A DNA stretch of 45,148 bases from a virus (lineage: Duplodnaviria > Caudoviricetes), in IMG/VR virus record IMGVR_UViG_3300031228_000013, positions 1 to 45,148 of that record; one strand, written 5' to 3'. Of this stretch, positions 45,135 through 45,148 are shown in pieces. Made by a program: the position numbers and the translations under genes. The first letter of the stretch is position 1; each line of letters opens with the position of its first letter. The notes under the pieces were generated by a model. That model did not search any database, had not been told where the DNA came from, and saw only the letters and a list, made by a program, of their open reading frames with translations.

Positions 45135-45148
45135 ATCGAACCCGTGTT
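45119..45148 (-). tRNA. 3' part of host tRNA, probably tRNA-Glu (integration target); 5' half lies outside the window
   Basis: Reverse complement AACACGGGTTCGATTCCCGTACGGACTACA = variable loop, ACGGG-TTCGATT-CCCGT T arm, acceptor 3' strand; resembles bacterial tRNA-Glu 3' ends; anticodon not visible. Confidence 0.75.

Larger units (their letters stand above)
1..45148. mobile_element. Complete temperate siphovirus (HK97-type head) / prophage of a Bacteroidota host, unit length 45,008 bp
   Basis: Integrase, repressor, replication, terminase, portal, protease, capsid, tail, tape measure and lysis genes all present; 126-bp end overlap; Bacteroidota-type promoters. Confidence 0.95.

Noticed and set aside
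1-45148. CRISPR array, diversity-generating retroelement, retron or IS element
   Set aside because: No regularly spaced repeats, reverse transcriptase, TR/VR pair or transposase recognised

Overview
The window is an apparently complete (unit length 45,008 bp) temperate, HK97-fold siphovirus genome of a Bacteroidota host (several TTTG-N19-20-TAnnTTTG promoters). Bases 1-126 recur at 45009-45134. The left copy continues as phage attP and the right copy runs into the 3' end of a host tRNA (probably tRNA-Glu), so both excised and integrated junctions appear to be captured. The + strand (about 2.0-16.2 kb) carries the early/replication arm: Cro/Xis-like HTHs, SSB-like protein, lambda-type exonuclease, SNF2-like helicase, amino-MTase, DUF1376-like initiator and many small ORFs. 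The - strand (about 16.3-45 kb) carries integrase, HNH, terminases, portal, protease, capsid, tail, a pectate-lyase-like tailspike and the lysis genes. The most unusual elements are: (1) a ~217-nt tRNA-Leu-like RNA (7986-8202) with perfect acceptor and T arms whose anticodon arm is replaced by a ~135-nt structured domain containing a 24-codon ORF; (2) a translationally coupled cluster of glycosyltransferases, a sulfotransferase, two methyltransferases and a kinase between terL and portal, plus another glycosyltransferase among the neck genes, a candidate virion-decoration pathway; (3) an alpha/beta-hydrolase inside the lysis cassette; (4) a candidate stand-alone small RNA at the convergence of the two arms. 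All family calls come from motifs recognised by eye, not database searches.
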